Shown here piece by piece: positions 45,956-54,555 of a stretch of 64,000 nucleotides of DNA. The first letter of the stretch is position 1. The number at the start of each line of letters is the position of its first letter. Where the stretch lies: the NCBI GenBank assembly GCA_031268175.1, contig JAIRXR010000011.1, forward strand, positions 27,908 through 91,907. The letters run 5' to 3'. The notes beneath the pieces are model-generated. The model saw nothing but the letters and a program-made list of their open reading frames with translations, had not been told where the DNA came from and did no database searches. Origin of the DNA: Puniceicoccales bacterium (lineage in GTDB: Bacteria; Verrucomicrobiota; Verrucomicrobiia; Opitutales; JAIRKQ01). Position numbers and translations under genes: made by a program.

Positions 45956-46393
45956 CTATTCCTTGGCCTTGACAATCACTGGCTGCTGCGCCGCGTGCGG
46001 ATGGCTACTCCCAGCGTACACCTTCAAATGCGTCATTAATTTCTCGGACAACACGTTCTTCGGCAACATTCCGCGCACTGCGTGCTCGATCAAAAATTCC
46101 GGCTTCTTGGCCCTCATCCTGGCCACGGGAATGTACTTCTCCCCGCCTTGGTACCCGGAGTAGAACATGTACTCCTTTTTTCCGTCCTTGCTGCCCGTCA
46201 GCTTGATCTTTTCCGCATTTATGACTATCACTACACCGCCCGCATCCATGTGCGGAGTATACAGCGGAAGATTTCTCCCGCGCAAAACATTGGCGATTTC
46301 GACCGCCAAACGGCCTAAAACCCTGCCGCCAGCGTCAAACAAATACCACTTCTTATTCGCAACGTCACTCACTGTCGCTAAAGTCGTCTTCAT
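45956..46393 (-). CDS. rplM: 50S ribosomal protein L13
   Basis: MKTTLATVSDVANKKWYLFDAGGRVLGRLAVEIANVLRGRNLPLYTPHMDAGGVVIVINAEKIKLTG. Confidence 0.92.
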   Translation of the reverse strand: MKTTLATVSDVANKKWYLFDAGGRVLGRLAVEIANVLRGRNLPLYTPHMDAGGVVIVINAEKIKLTGSKDGKKEYMFYSGYQGGEKYIPVARMRAKKPEFLIEHAVRGMLPKNVLSEKLMTHLKVYAGSSHPHAAQQPVIVKAKE

Positions 46394-46472
46394 CTCGTAT
46401 TCGAGCAAGCTAAACCCGCCTTTGCCTTTGTCAAATAATTTTTGCTATTTTTTGCAATCGCCTCCCGCGCCG

Positions 46473-47447
46473 CTAGTGCGAATGCACGAACGACAGCTCT
46501 CGCATCGGATGCGACGGAACAACTTCCCCAATTTTCACGGAAAATCCGTTGGCAAAATCCTTCGCTTGCAGCATCTTTCCTCCTGGCCTCTGCAGCTCGC
46601 AGATGATAAGCATGCCATCGCCGGTTGCGATTTTCATGCCATCCCTGGCAATGGCAACTATTTCTCCGCGTGCAAAGCGGGAACAATCCGCAGATTCAAC
46701 GGCAACTTTTCCAATCTTCAACGGCACACCGCCCAGGTAAATGACGCACCCGATGTGTGGCGTAAGGGCGCGAATGCGATTTTTCAATTTCGCCGCTGGT
46801 AGGGAAAAGTCAAGCAGTCCCTCTTCCTTCGAAAGCTTCCCCGCATAGGTCGCGTTTACAGCGTCCTGTTCCTCCCATTTAAGCGTGCCATCGCATATTT
46901 TTTGCAAATTCCTCCGCAGCAAAGTCGGGCAGAGCAGCGAAATTTTTTTCGCCACGTCCGCGTAGGTATCATCCGGTGCAATCGGAACGCTTTCCACGTC
47001 GGCAACGGCCCCCGCATCCATCGCCTCCACTATTTGCATGAGCGACACGCCTGTTTCGCTTTCGCCGTTCGCAATGGCGGCCTCTATGGGAGATGCACCG
47101 CGATACTTCGGCAAAATTGAAGCGTGAAAATTGTAGATGCCGAACAGCGGAACTTCCAGAATATTTTTCCTCAAAATATGGCCATAGGCCATGACTAAAA
47201 TGATATCGCAACCCATGCTTCGCATCTGCATCGCTAGGTTTTCATCCGGCTTCTGCGGCTTCAGAAGAGAAATGCCGTTCCTTTCGGCAAATGCAGAAAC
47301 AGCGGTTTGCTCCAATTTTTGGCCCCTCCCCGACGGCCTATCCGGTTGACTAACTATGCCGGCCAATCGTACGCAATCATTGCTTCGCAAAAAATCCAGC
47401 AGGGGCAGTGCTATGCGGTCGGACCCGAAAAATATCACGTTTTTCAT
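46473..47447 (-). CDS. fmt: Methionyl-tRNA formyltransferase
   Basis: The sequence MKNVIFFGSD...VSQPDRPSGRGQKL...ILVMAYGHIL...YNFHASILPKYRGASPIEAAI..GESETGVSLMQ is followed by the Fmt C-terminal domain. Confidence 0.88.
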   Translation of the reverse strand: MKNVIFFGSDRIALPLLDFLRSNDCVRLAGIVSQPDRPSGRGQKLEQTAVSAFAERNGISLLKPQKPDENLAMQMRSMGCDIILVMAYGHILRKNILEVPLFGIYNFHASILPKYRGASPIEAAIANGESETGVSLMQIVEAMDAGAVADVESVPIAPDDTYADVAKKISLLCPTLLRRNLQKICDGTLKWEEQDAVNATYAGKLSKEEGLLDFSLPAAKLKNRIRALTPHIGCVIYLGGVPLKIGKVAVESADCSRFARGEIVAIARDGMKIATGDGMLIICELQRPGGKMLQAKDFANGFSVKIGEVVPSHPMRELSFVHSH

Positions 47448-48563
47448 CTATCCGAAATTCAGAGCGTTTTTTAATGCCTTCGCAGCATATAGTATTTGAT
47501 GTGGCTCCAGCTCGGGATAGACAGGAAGACTCAAAACTTCGCTGGCGGCAATGGCGGCGTTTTTTGTCAAATTTTTTCCGTCGACGAGATCGACGAAGCA
47601 TTCCTGCGCATCCAAAGGCAAAGGGTAGTACACGCCACTTCCAACACCCTCCTTTTCAAGGGCTTGCTGAATTTCTCCGCGCCTACCGTTCAAGATCCGC
47701 ACGGTGAACTGGTTCCATGTGTGAAAATTTCCGTCTAGTTCCCGCGGAAGGACGATTCCCGGAAGTGCGGTCAATTCGTTCAGGTAAATTTCCGCGTTGC
47801 GCCTCCTATTTTCTATGTGGCCGTCGACGCTCGGCAACTTCAGTGTAAGCAAGGCCGATTGCACTTCGTCGATTCTGAAATTTCCACCGATATACCTGTG
47901 AAAATACCGCGGCTTCGCTCCGTGGACGCGCAAAATTTTGACCTTTTCCGCAAAGTCGTCGTCGTCGGTGCAAACGAGGCCGGCATCGCCGAACCCACCG
48001 AGATTTTTTGTCGGATAAAAACTAAAGCACCCTGCTATGCCGAAAGTACCACTCTGCCTATCCCTCCACTTGGCCCCGAACGATTGGGCGCAGTCCTCAA
48101 CGATTGGAATGTTAAATTCGCAACTGATCGCGGCGATGGCATCCATGTTCGCCGTCTGCCCAAACAGATGAACCGGTAAAATCGCCCTAGTTTTTTTCGT
48201 GATCTTTCGCCTAGCCGCGGCGGCGGAAATGTTGAAATCGTCCAAGTCTATGTCAACAAACACCGGTCTCGCACCGAGGCGGGCGACGCAACCGGCGGTG
48301 GCAAAAAATGTGAACGAAGGACAAATTACCTCATCGCCTTCGCCGACACCAATCGCCATCAGCGCAACCAAAATGGCATCCGTTCCGGACGAAACGCCGA
48401 TCGCGTGCTTGGCGCCCAGGTATTTCGCCACACTTTTTTCGAAAAATTCCGTCTCTCCTCCGAGGATAAATTCGCATGAGTCGAAAACCTTGGAAAATTT
48501 TTTGACCGCCAAATCCCTGATCCTAGAATTTTGAACTTTCAAGTCGAGTAGCGGGACTTTCAT
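47448..48563 (-). CDS. DegT/DnrJ/EryC1/StrS-family PLP-dependent sugar aminotransferase
   Basis: From MKVPLLDLKVQN... the protein shows GVSSGTDAILVAL, ...VHLFGQ... and ...FSFYPTKNLGGFGDAG (PLP-Lys motif). The ORF-track start at 48635 is an extension overlapping rdgB. Confidence 0.88.
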   Translation of the reverse strand: MKVPLLDLKVQNSRIRDLAVKKFSKVFDSCEFILGGETEFFEKSVAKYLGAKHAIGVSSGTDAILVALMAIGVGEGDEVICPSFTFFATAGCVARLGARPVFVDIDLDDFNISAAAARRKITKKTRAILPVHLFGQTANMDAIAAISCEFNIPIVEDCAQSFGAKWRDRQSGTFGIAGCFSFYPTKNLGGFGDAGLVCTDDDDFAEKVKILRVHGAKPRYFHRYIGGNFRIDEVQSALLTLKLPSVDGHIENRRRNAEIYLNELTALPGIVLPRELDGNFHTWNQFTVRILNGRRGEIQQALEKEGVGSGVYYPLPLDAQECFVDLVDGKNLTKNAAIAASEVLSLPVYPELEPHQILYAAKALKNALNFG

Positions 48564-48607
48564 GGACAGCAATGTCCACTTCGGTTCGCGTTTTTCAAGA
48601 AAAATAT

Positions 48608-49267
48608 CTATCCGCGAGGCGGAGAAGATTCCCACGCAGCACCAAACAGCTCCAGCCAGCGGATGAATTTTTTCACGGCCAACCCGCGGGGCGAAATTTT
48701 GTTCTTCTCCTCCATGGACATCTCTCCGAATGTCTTACTGTGGCCGTTTGCAATGAATATGGGACTATACCCAAACCCCTTGCCACGTCGCTCGCTGGCA
48801 ATCACCCCTTCGACGCTTTCTTCGAAAATATGGCGACTTCCATCGGGCGCTATCACGTGTAATACACACGAAAAGTGCGCACCCCTTTCGCCATCACCAA
48901 CCCAGCTAAGTTTTGCCAAAATCCTATCCATCGCCTTGGAATAATCTCCTTCGGCGTATCTCGACGAGTATATTCCTGGACCGCCGGACAGCGCATCGAT
49001 GCAAAGCCCAGAGTCATCGCCCATGGTGGCAACTTTCTTCGGAACGAGGAGCCTGGCCGCTTCCGCCTTTATTTTCGCATTTTCTAAAAACGTCTTGCCA
49101 GTTTCTTCCGCATCCGGCATGTCAATCGTGCCCATCGGCAAAATCCTCACGGCACAGTTTCGTAGCATTTGCTCAAATTCCGCCATTTTTCCGGAATTTT
49201 TGGTTGCAATGAATAGATTTTTACCTACTATCGAAACAAGTAAGCACGAATCGCACGGCGTTGTCAA
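48608..49267 (-). CDS. rdgB: Non-canonical purine NTP pyrophosphatase (RdgB/HAM1)
   Basis: Motifs ...LFIATKNSGKMAEFEQML...ETGKTFLENAKIKA...DDSGLCIDALSGGPGIYSSRY...FGYSPIF. The start may be an internal GTG (VGKNLFIATKN). Confidence 0.85.
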   Translation of the reverse strand: MTTPCDSCLLVSIVGKNLFIATKNSGKMAEFEQMLRNCAVRILPMGTIDMPDAEETGKTFLENAKIKAEAARLLVPKKVATMGDDSGLCIDALSGGPGIYSSRYAEGDYSKAMDRILAKLSWVGDGERGAHFSCVLHVIAPDGSRHIFEESVEGVIASERRGKGFGYSPIFIANGHSKTFGEMSMEEKNKISPRGLAVKKFIRWLELFGAAWESSPPRG

Positions 49268-49472
49268 CCGGAATCAACATTTTTTGAAAATAGTGGCAAG
49301 GCCGGATGCCGGCGCGGCGAATTCTTTTCCTGAAAGGTGGAAACCCCAAAAATCTTCATACAAAGCGCATTTTTTCACAAAAAAACACTTGCAATCAAAT
49401 TTTATCTCGTAACCATTGGCTTGCGTTGGTTGGTGGAGGAAGGATCGGCCAGTTTTTCAAAAGGAGAAAAAA

Positions 49473-49754
49473 ATGAATAGATCGAAACTAGTGGAAAAGA
49501 TCAAAGAATTGCTCGGTTCCGATTGTTCAAAGACATGCGCTGAGCGCTCCCTGAACGCGGTATTGCAGGCCATAGCTCACGGCCTAAAAACCACTAAGAG
49601 TGTGCAGATCATTGGCTTTGGGACATTTGCCGTTTCGAAGCGCGCCGCGCGCGTTGGTGTGAATCCTAAGACCAAGGCGAAGATCCAAATTCCAGCCTCA
49701 AAAACTGTTAAATTTAGACCTGGCACGAAACTTAAGGGATCCGTTGCCAAATAG
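49473..49754 (+). CDS. hup: Nucleoid-associated DNA-binding protein HU/IHF family
   Basis: An AAGGAG SD precedes ATG 49473. The protein reads MNRSKLVEKIKELLG...VQIIGFGTFAVSKRAARVGVNPKTKAKIQIPASKTVKFRPGTKLK. Confidence 0.9.
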   Translation: MNRSKLVEKIKELLGSDCSKTCAERSLNAVLQAIAHGLKTTKSVQIIGFGTFAVSKRAARVGVNPKTKAKIQIPASKTVKFRPGTKLKGSVAK

Positions 49755-50227
49755 TGGTTCGATTTTGGCGGATTGGGAAATGTAAGCGGCATGTTTGGAG
49801 TCTTGCTGCCGCGGTGAGGTTTCTTTTGCGATGTCTTGTGTGGAAGGCACGTGCGGGGAAGCGATGCCGTGTGAATCTCGGCAAAGTCGGAGAGGATTTG
49901 GCCGTTGATTTTTTGAGGGGGAAAAATTTCAAAATCCTGGCCAGGAATTGGACCTATGGCAAAGGCGAACTGGATGTGGTCGCCTTCGACGGAGCTTCAG
50001 CTGTTTTGGTTTTTATCGAGGTCAAGCTAAGGTCCGGTAGAGCTCTTGTCCCCGGCTATTTTGCCGTCGACGCGAAGAAGAAAAGTGTCCTGCGCAGGAC
50101 ATGCATGGGGTACCTGCGGGCGTTCACCAGCGATAGCGTTTCCTACAGGTTCGATGTGATCGAAGTGCGGATGGGCGGAGATGGAAAGCACGAGATATCC
50201 CACTACGAAAACGTGAAGCTGTTTTAA
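49754..50227 (+). CDS. yraN: YraN-family (UPF0102) predicted endonuclease
   Basis: The pattern GKVGEDLAVDFLRGKNFKILARNWTYGKGELDVVAFDG..LVFIEVKLR matches YraN. The start codon is uncertain. Confidence 0.75.
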   Translation: MVRFWRIGKCKRHVWSLAAAVRFLLRCLVWKARAGKRCRVNLGKVGEDLAVDFLRGKNFKILARNWTYGKGELDVVAFDGASAVLVFIEVKLRSGRALVPGYFAVDAKKKSVLRRTCMGYLRAFTSDSVSYRFDVIEVRMGGDGKHEISHYENVKLF

Positions 50228-50246
50228 GCGAACAGAATCGCGAAGA

Positions 50247-50990
50247 TTAGCCGATATCGATCGAATCGTCGATGTTGAAATTGGCGAAGACATTTTTCAC
50301 ATCGTCCAATTCTTCTAGCTTTTCCACCGTTTTCAAAATTTTCGCCGCCAGAGCTGCATCCGCTATGTGAACCAGCGAATTCGGAACGTAGGCAATCTCC
50401 GACGAAAGGCACTTGATTTTCGCATTTGCCATTGCCTGCTCCAGCGCGTAGTACGCTGAAATCGGACAGAGTACTTCGAAGCCTTCGTCGTCGACCCTTA
50501 TGTCATCCGCGCCGGCATCGAGGGCGATTTCCATCAACCTGTCCTCCGTAGTTTCACCCTTGGAAATAAAAAATTGGCCCATTCTTTGGAAATTGAACAT
50601 CAGCGCCCCAGTGCCCGCCAGGTTTCCACCGCACTTTGTCAGTGTGCTACGCACCTCGCTCGCCGCGCGATTCTTGTTGTCCGTAGTAACCTCTACTATC
50701 AACCCTACACCTCCAACGGCGTAGCCCTCGTACGTCAATTCCTCTATCGTCGCGCCTGGGAGCTCACCGGTTCCCTTTTGTATGGCTTTTTTGATATTTT
50801 CCGCGGGCATGTTCGCTTCTTTGGCCTTCTGGACAATAACCCGCAGCTTGGCGTTGAAATTTACGTCGCCACCGCCATCCCTCGCGGCCAGCGAAATATC
50901 CTTGCTCAGCGTGCTGAACATCTTGCCGCGCTTTGCGTCAATGACCGCCTTGTGCCGTTTCGTTGTCGCCCACTTGCTATGCCCAGACAT
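50247..50990 (-). CDS. yebC: YebC/PmpR-family transcriptional regulator
   Basis: MSGHSKWATTKRHKAVIDAKRGKMFSTLSKDISLAAR... is the canonical YebC N-terminus. Confidence 0.92.
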   Translation of the reverse strand: MSGHSKWATTKRHKAVIDAKRGKMFSTLSKDISLAARDGGGDVNFNAKLRVIVQKAKEANMPAENIKKAIQKGTGELPGATIEELTYEGYAVGGVGLIVEVTTDNKNRAASEVRSTLTKCGGNLAGTGALMFNFQRMGQFFISKGETTEDRLMEIALDAGADDIRVDDEGFEVLCPISAYYALEQAMANAKIKCLSSEIAYVPNSLVHIADAALAAKILKTVEKLEELDDVKNVFANFNIDDSIDIG

Positions 50991-50992
50991 CG

Positions 50993-52774
50993 CTACTTTC
51001 TCCGTTTGTTTATGCGCACCGCATGCCCATCACTCAGCTTTTTGCCGACGGATTTTGGAACCGCGATGGGCATATCGGATTGCGCTTCCGATTTCCGTGA
51101 CGTTGTAAACTGCTGCGCAATGGTCAATAAATTTTGTACGGTCCAGTACAAAACCAGCCCCGATGGAAAATTGTAGCAGCAGAATAAAAATATTGCCGGC
51201 ATCAGCTTAAACATCAATTTTTGCGATCCATCAACGGTTGGCATGGGAGCCATTCGCATTTGCCATAACATCGTCGCTCCCATAACCAGCGGCAAAATAT
51301 TTACGGGGAAAGCCCCGATGCGCGCAACGGTATCCGGCAGCGAAAGATCCCTTATCCACAAAAAATGTGCAAAGCGCAAATTCGATGACGTGCATAGCAT
51401 GTAGTACAGGCCGAAGAAAATCGGAATTTGTATGAAGATCGGCAGACATCCGGCCGCCGGATTTATCTGATTTTCCCTGAACAATTTCAAAGTTTCCGCC
51501 TGCAGTTTTTGCGGATTGTTTTTGAATTTTTCCTTGATCAATTTCAGCGGGGCCTGCACCGCCGCCATTTTCTTCGAAGATCGAACCTGGGCGTTGGTAA
51601 GTGGCCAGAGTAGAAGCTTGACTATGGTTGTGAGGACGATAATCGCCAGGCCCCAATTCGGCACCACAGCGTAGATTTTTAGCATCATCCGCAGAAGCAA
51701 TTCGCTGATTGCGCCAAAAAATCCGAACTGCATCACGTGGGACTGCTCCCTGTCGAAGGACGACAGGCGCGAAAAATCCTTAGGGCCGATGTAAAATTCA
51801 GAAGCAAAAACCTTTTCTCCACGGGCACCGACGATCCCGCAGTTGAACACCACAAGTGCAGCTATGCCATCCTTTCTTTCCCCGTTGCGTCTGCCTTCGA
51901 TGGAAGTCGGCCAGGCGATGTATCCGTCTCCGTCGGTTGCAGGCGTCAGTATGGCAGTAAAAAATTTATTTTTTATGGACCCCCACAAGATTTTCCCGGT
52001 GGAGAGAATTTGCCTGCGCTCCTGCCTCTTTCCAAGGCCAAAAAATCCACTACTTGCTTCGAAATCGCGCAGCTTAACAAAAGTGTCCTTCGTCCCGTTG
52101 TATGCGCCAAAATTCAAATAATCCCCCCTGCTGTCACTCTCCGAAGCCGGCATTACACCGAGGCAAAGCGACACATTGCCGACGTTTATCGGGATGTCGG
52201 TGCCGTTTTCCACGGTTGTTTTATGCTTCACGACATACCCGTCACTCCCATCGCCGTCCTTCGCCGCAACGGAATACTGCCGCGTCACAACGCACCCGTT
52301 GGCCAGCGTCTTCGACAATTTGATGCTGTTCTCCGTCGCCGAAATCACGGCAAAGCTTCCTCGCCCATAGGCGCGATCGAAATTCGCATCATCCGAAATC
52401 AGAGCCAATGCGTTCGCCGCACTACCATCGTTGAACATCACCGCACCCGGCTGATCCTGCAGTGCTCTGTATTTTTTCAATGCTGCGCACTTTATTGCCC
52501 CTCCAGCGTCCGAAATTGTAACATCTATGACATCGTTGCCTATGGTAAATAGCCGCTCTTCGCGCACTTCCTCAGCGGCAGCCGAAGCAATGGGCAAGCG
52601 CTGAACTGCGCCGCCAGTACCGCTCTCCGAGTCAATCGTCGCTGGCCGATCGCCCACGCGGCCGGCTTCCGCTATCGGCGCCTGCCCGGACTTGGTTTTG
52701 TGATCAATGGTGAACATCAATGCCATGGCGCAGGCTATCAGCAAAATTCCTATGAATTGACTTTTGTCTTTCAT
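50993..52774 (-). CDS. yidC: Membrane protein insertase YidC
   Basis: From ATG 52774 (GGAG SD) the protein has an N-terminal TM, a large periplasmic P1 domain and the conserved C-terminal core ...WGLAIIVLTTIVKLLLWPLT...GCLPIFIQIPIFFGLY...NFPSGLVLYWTVQNLL. Confidence 0.9.
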   Translation of the reverse strand: MKDKSQFIGILLIACAMALMFTIDHKTKSGQAPIAEAGRVGDRPATIDSESGTGGAVQRLPIASAAAEEVREERLFTIGNDVIDVTISDAGGAIKCAALKKYRALQDQPGAVMFNDGSAANALALISDDANFDRAYGRGSFAVISATENSIKLSKTLANGCVVTRQYSVAAKDGDGSDGYVVKHKTTVENGTDIPINVGNVSLCLGVMPASESDSRGDYLNFGAYNGTKDTFVKLRDFEASSGFFGLGKRQERRQILSTGKILWGSIKNKFFTAILTPATDGDGYIAWPTSIEGRRNGERKDGIAALVVFNCGIVGARGEKVFASEFYIGPKDFSRLSSFDREQSHVMQFGFFGAISELLLRMMLKIYAVVPNWGLAIIVLTTIVKLLLWPLTNAQVRSSKKMAAVQAPLKLIKEKFKNNPQKLQAETLKLFRENQINPAAGCLPIFIQIPIFFGLYYMLCTSSNLRFAHFLWIRDLSLPDTVARIGAFPVNILPLVMGATMLWQMRMAPMPTVDGSQKLMFKLMPAIFLFCCYNFPSGLVLYWTVQNLLTIAQQFTTSRKSEAQSDMPIAVPKSVGKKLSDGHAVRINKRRK

Positions 52775-52901
52775 TAACTCCACGGAAAGATCCCTAGGCA
52801 AGTTGAATTTGCAAGCGCAAAATGGGGACAATGTTTGGAGGAATCGTCGGTACGCGCGTGAGTATCTTCCGTCGCAATTTTTGTTGACAAATATTTTCCG
52901 C

Positions 52902-54029
52902 ATGCATACCGTACGCCGCGTGTTTTTTGTGCGTGTGGTAGTGTGCGTGTGCGCCGCACTACTAGTTGTGCCGCGGGCATTCGGTATCTATTCCAAGCAG
53001 GATCTGAATGAAATTGTTGGCCAGCTGATCGTCGTTTCCATGGGGGATGGCGGCCTGGAAACAACCAAGCGTCTACTCGAAGAGGGAAGAATTGGTGGCG
53101 TCATCATTCTGAGGGAGGACGTGGTAAGCGCGGAGAATCTGCGCAAAATTACCGACGAGATTCACAGCGTGAAATCAAAACATATTCCCTTCATCGCCGC
53201 CGACATGGAGGGAGGGCTGGTGGCGGCCTTGAACGCGACCAATGGCTTTGCGGAGTTCCCGAGCGCCTGTGAAATGGCAAAAAAGACGCCGGAAGAGGCT
53301 AGAGAAGTTTACGGCAAAATGGCCGATCTGCTGGCCGATTATCACTTCAACGTTAACTTCGCTCCCTGCGTCGATTTGGCCTCACGCCCTGACTCGATCA
53401 TAGCGATCAAGGGAAGGTCCTACGGAAGCGATGCCAATGATGTGTGCAAATTTGCACGCTCATTCATTGATGCCCATTCGACAAATGGAATCGCCACCTG
53501 CCTGAAGCATTTCCCAGGGCATGGCAGTGTTTCCGGTGACACGCACAACGGATTTGTCGATGCGACGAATAGCTGGATGTGGGCTGAGTTGGGGCCGTAT
53601 AGAAATTTGCTTAGCGAAAGCGATCAGTCCCCGGCGATGATGGTCATGGTTTCCCACGTATTCAACGGCAATTTCGATGACAAATACCCGGCATCACTGT
53701 CGCGGAATAGCGTAGAAGTGCTGCTGCGCAATGGAATTGGATTTGGCGGTGTGATCATTTCCGATTCGCTGACCATGTTAGCCATAAAAAATAATTTTCC
53801 GCTGGAAGAGACGGTTGTCACGAGCCTAAACGCCGGCGTTGACGTACTGCTATTCTCCAATGAAAAACCGTTCGATTCGGAAATTGTAAATAAGATTCAC
53901 GGAATCATAGGACGGGCGCTGGCTGATGGAAGACTGGACCGGCGCAAACTCGAAAGATCTTTTCGCAGAGTCGTTTCGCTGAAGAAGAAAATCGGTGGCA
54001 GCCGCACCCCAGCAGCAAAAGCGGAGTAG
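52902..54029 (+). CDS. nagZ: GH3 beta-N-acetylhexosaminidase (NagZ-like) with a signal peptide
   Basis: The signal peptide MHTVRRVFFVRVVVCVCAALLVVPRAFG is followed by ...IAADMEGG...CLKHFPGHGSVSGDTH...VMVSH...IISDSL. The start is moderately certain. Confidence 0.82.
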   Translation: MHTVRRVFFVRVVVCVCAALLVVPRAFGIYSKQDLNEIVGQLIVVSMGDGGLETTKRLLEEGRIGGVIILREDVVSAENLRKITDEIHSVKSKHIPFIAADMEGGLVAALNATNGFAEFPSACEMAKKTPEEAREVYGKMADLLADYHFNVNFAPCVDLASRPDSIIAIKGRSYGSDANDVCKFARSFIDAHSTNGIATCLKHFPGHGSVSGDTHNGFVDATNSWMWAELGPYRNLLSESDQSPAMMVMVSHVFNGNFDDKYPASLSRNSVEVLLRNGIGFGGVIISDSLTMLAIKNNFPLEETVVTSLNAGVDVLLFSNEKPFDSEIVNKIHGIIGRALADGRLDRRKLERSFRRVVSLKKKIGGSRTPAAKAE

Positions 54030-54051
54030 ATTCAGCGAATAGCCCGCGTAG

Positions 54052-54423
54052 TCAAATACCCCTGGAGTCGTCTTTGTCCTTGGCCACGTAGCCGCTTTCC
54101 TGTCTCCTGTGGTTTATGAGGTTTTTTTTGCAGTAAATCTCGTAGATGTCGCCCGCGGACATCCCGAGGACCTGCGCGATGGATATCAAAAAGTGGAACA
54201 TGTCAACGACTTCAACCCTGGCGTTTTGCTCATCGAATTTCTGGTACTTCGCCCACCACTTCCAGGGAACAGAATCGACCAATTCCGCCGTTTCCTGCTG
54301 TAGCGCACGGCTATAATTCAGCAGCCATTTTATCCTATCGGTTTCGTCCAAATTTACGGAACTGACACCTATTTTTTCGTTTAGTGCGGTCTGCATTTCA
54401 AAAATTTTATCCAGCTTATCCAT
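54052..54423 (-). CDS. Dimeric dUTPase / all-alpha NTP-pyrophosphohydrolase (dUTPase_2/MazG-like)
   Basis: MDKLDKIFEMQTALNEKIG...ALQQETAELVDSVPWKWWAK...ARVEVVDMFHFLISIAQ shows the ExxE...E..D metal motifs of the family. Confidence 0.6.
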   Translation of the reverse strand: MDKLDKIFEMQTALNEKIGVSSVNLDETDRIKWLLNYSRALQQETAELVDSVPWKWWAKYQKFDEQNARVEVVDMFHFLISIAQVLGMSAGDIYEIYCKKNLINHRRQESGYVAKDKDDSRGI

Positions 54424-54555
54424 GTTTCCCAGGCTCGAACCACCTAGCAAAAATTTGCAGCGACGCAAGCGATTAAGTTTAGTGCCGCAAAGCCACGGCC
54501 TCCGGCAGAAATATTGGAAAATTTTAAAAATGGACCGCCCGCGAGTAAAATCACA

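Noticed and set aside
51737-52552. A 271-aa ORF on the + strand
   Set aside because: It is antisense to the periplasmic-domain region of yidC and has no motifs.
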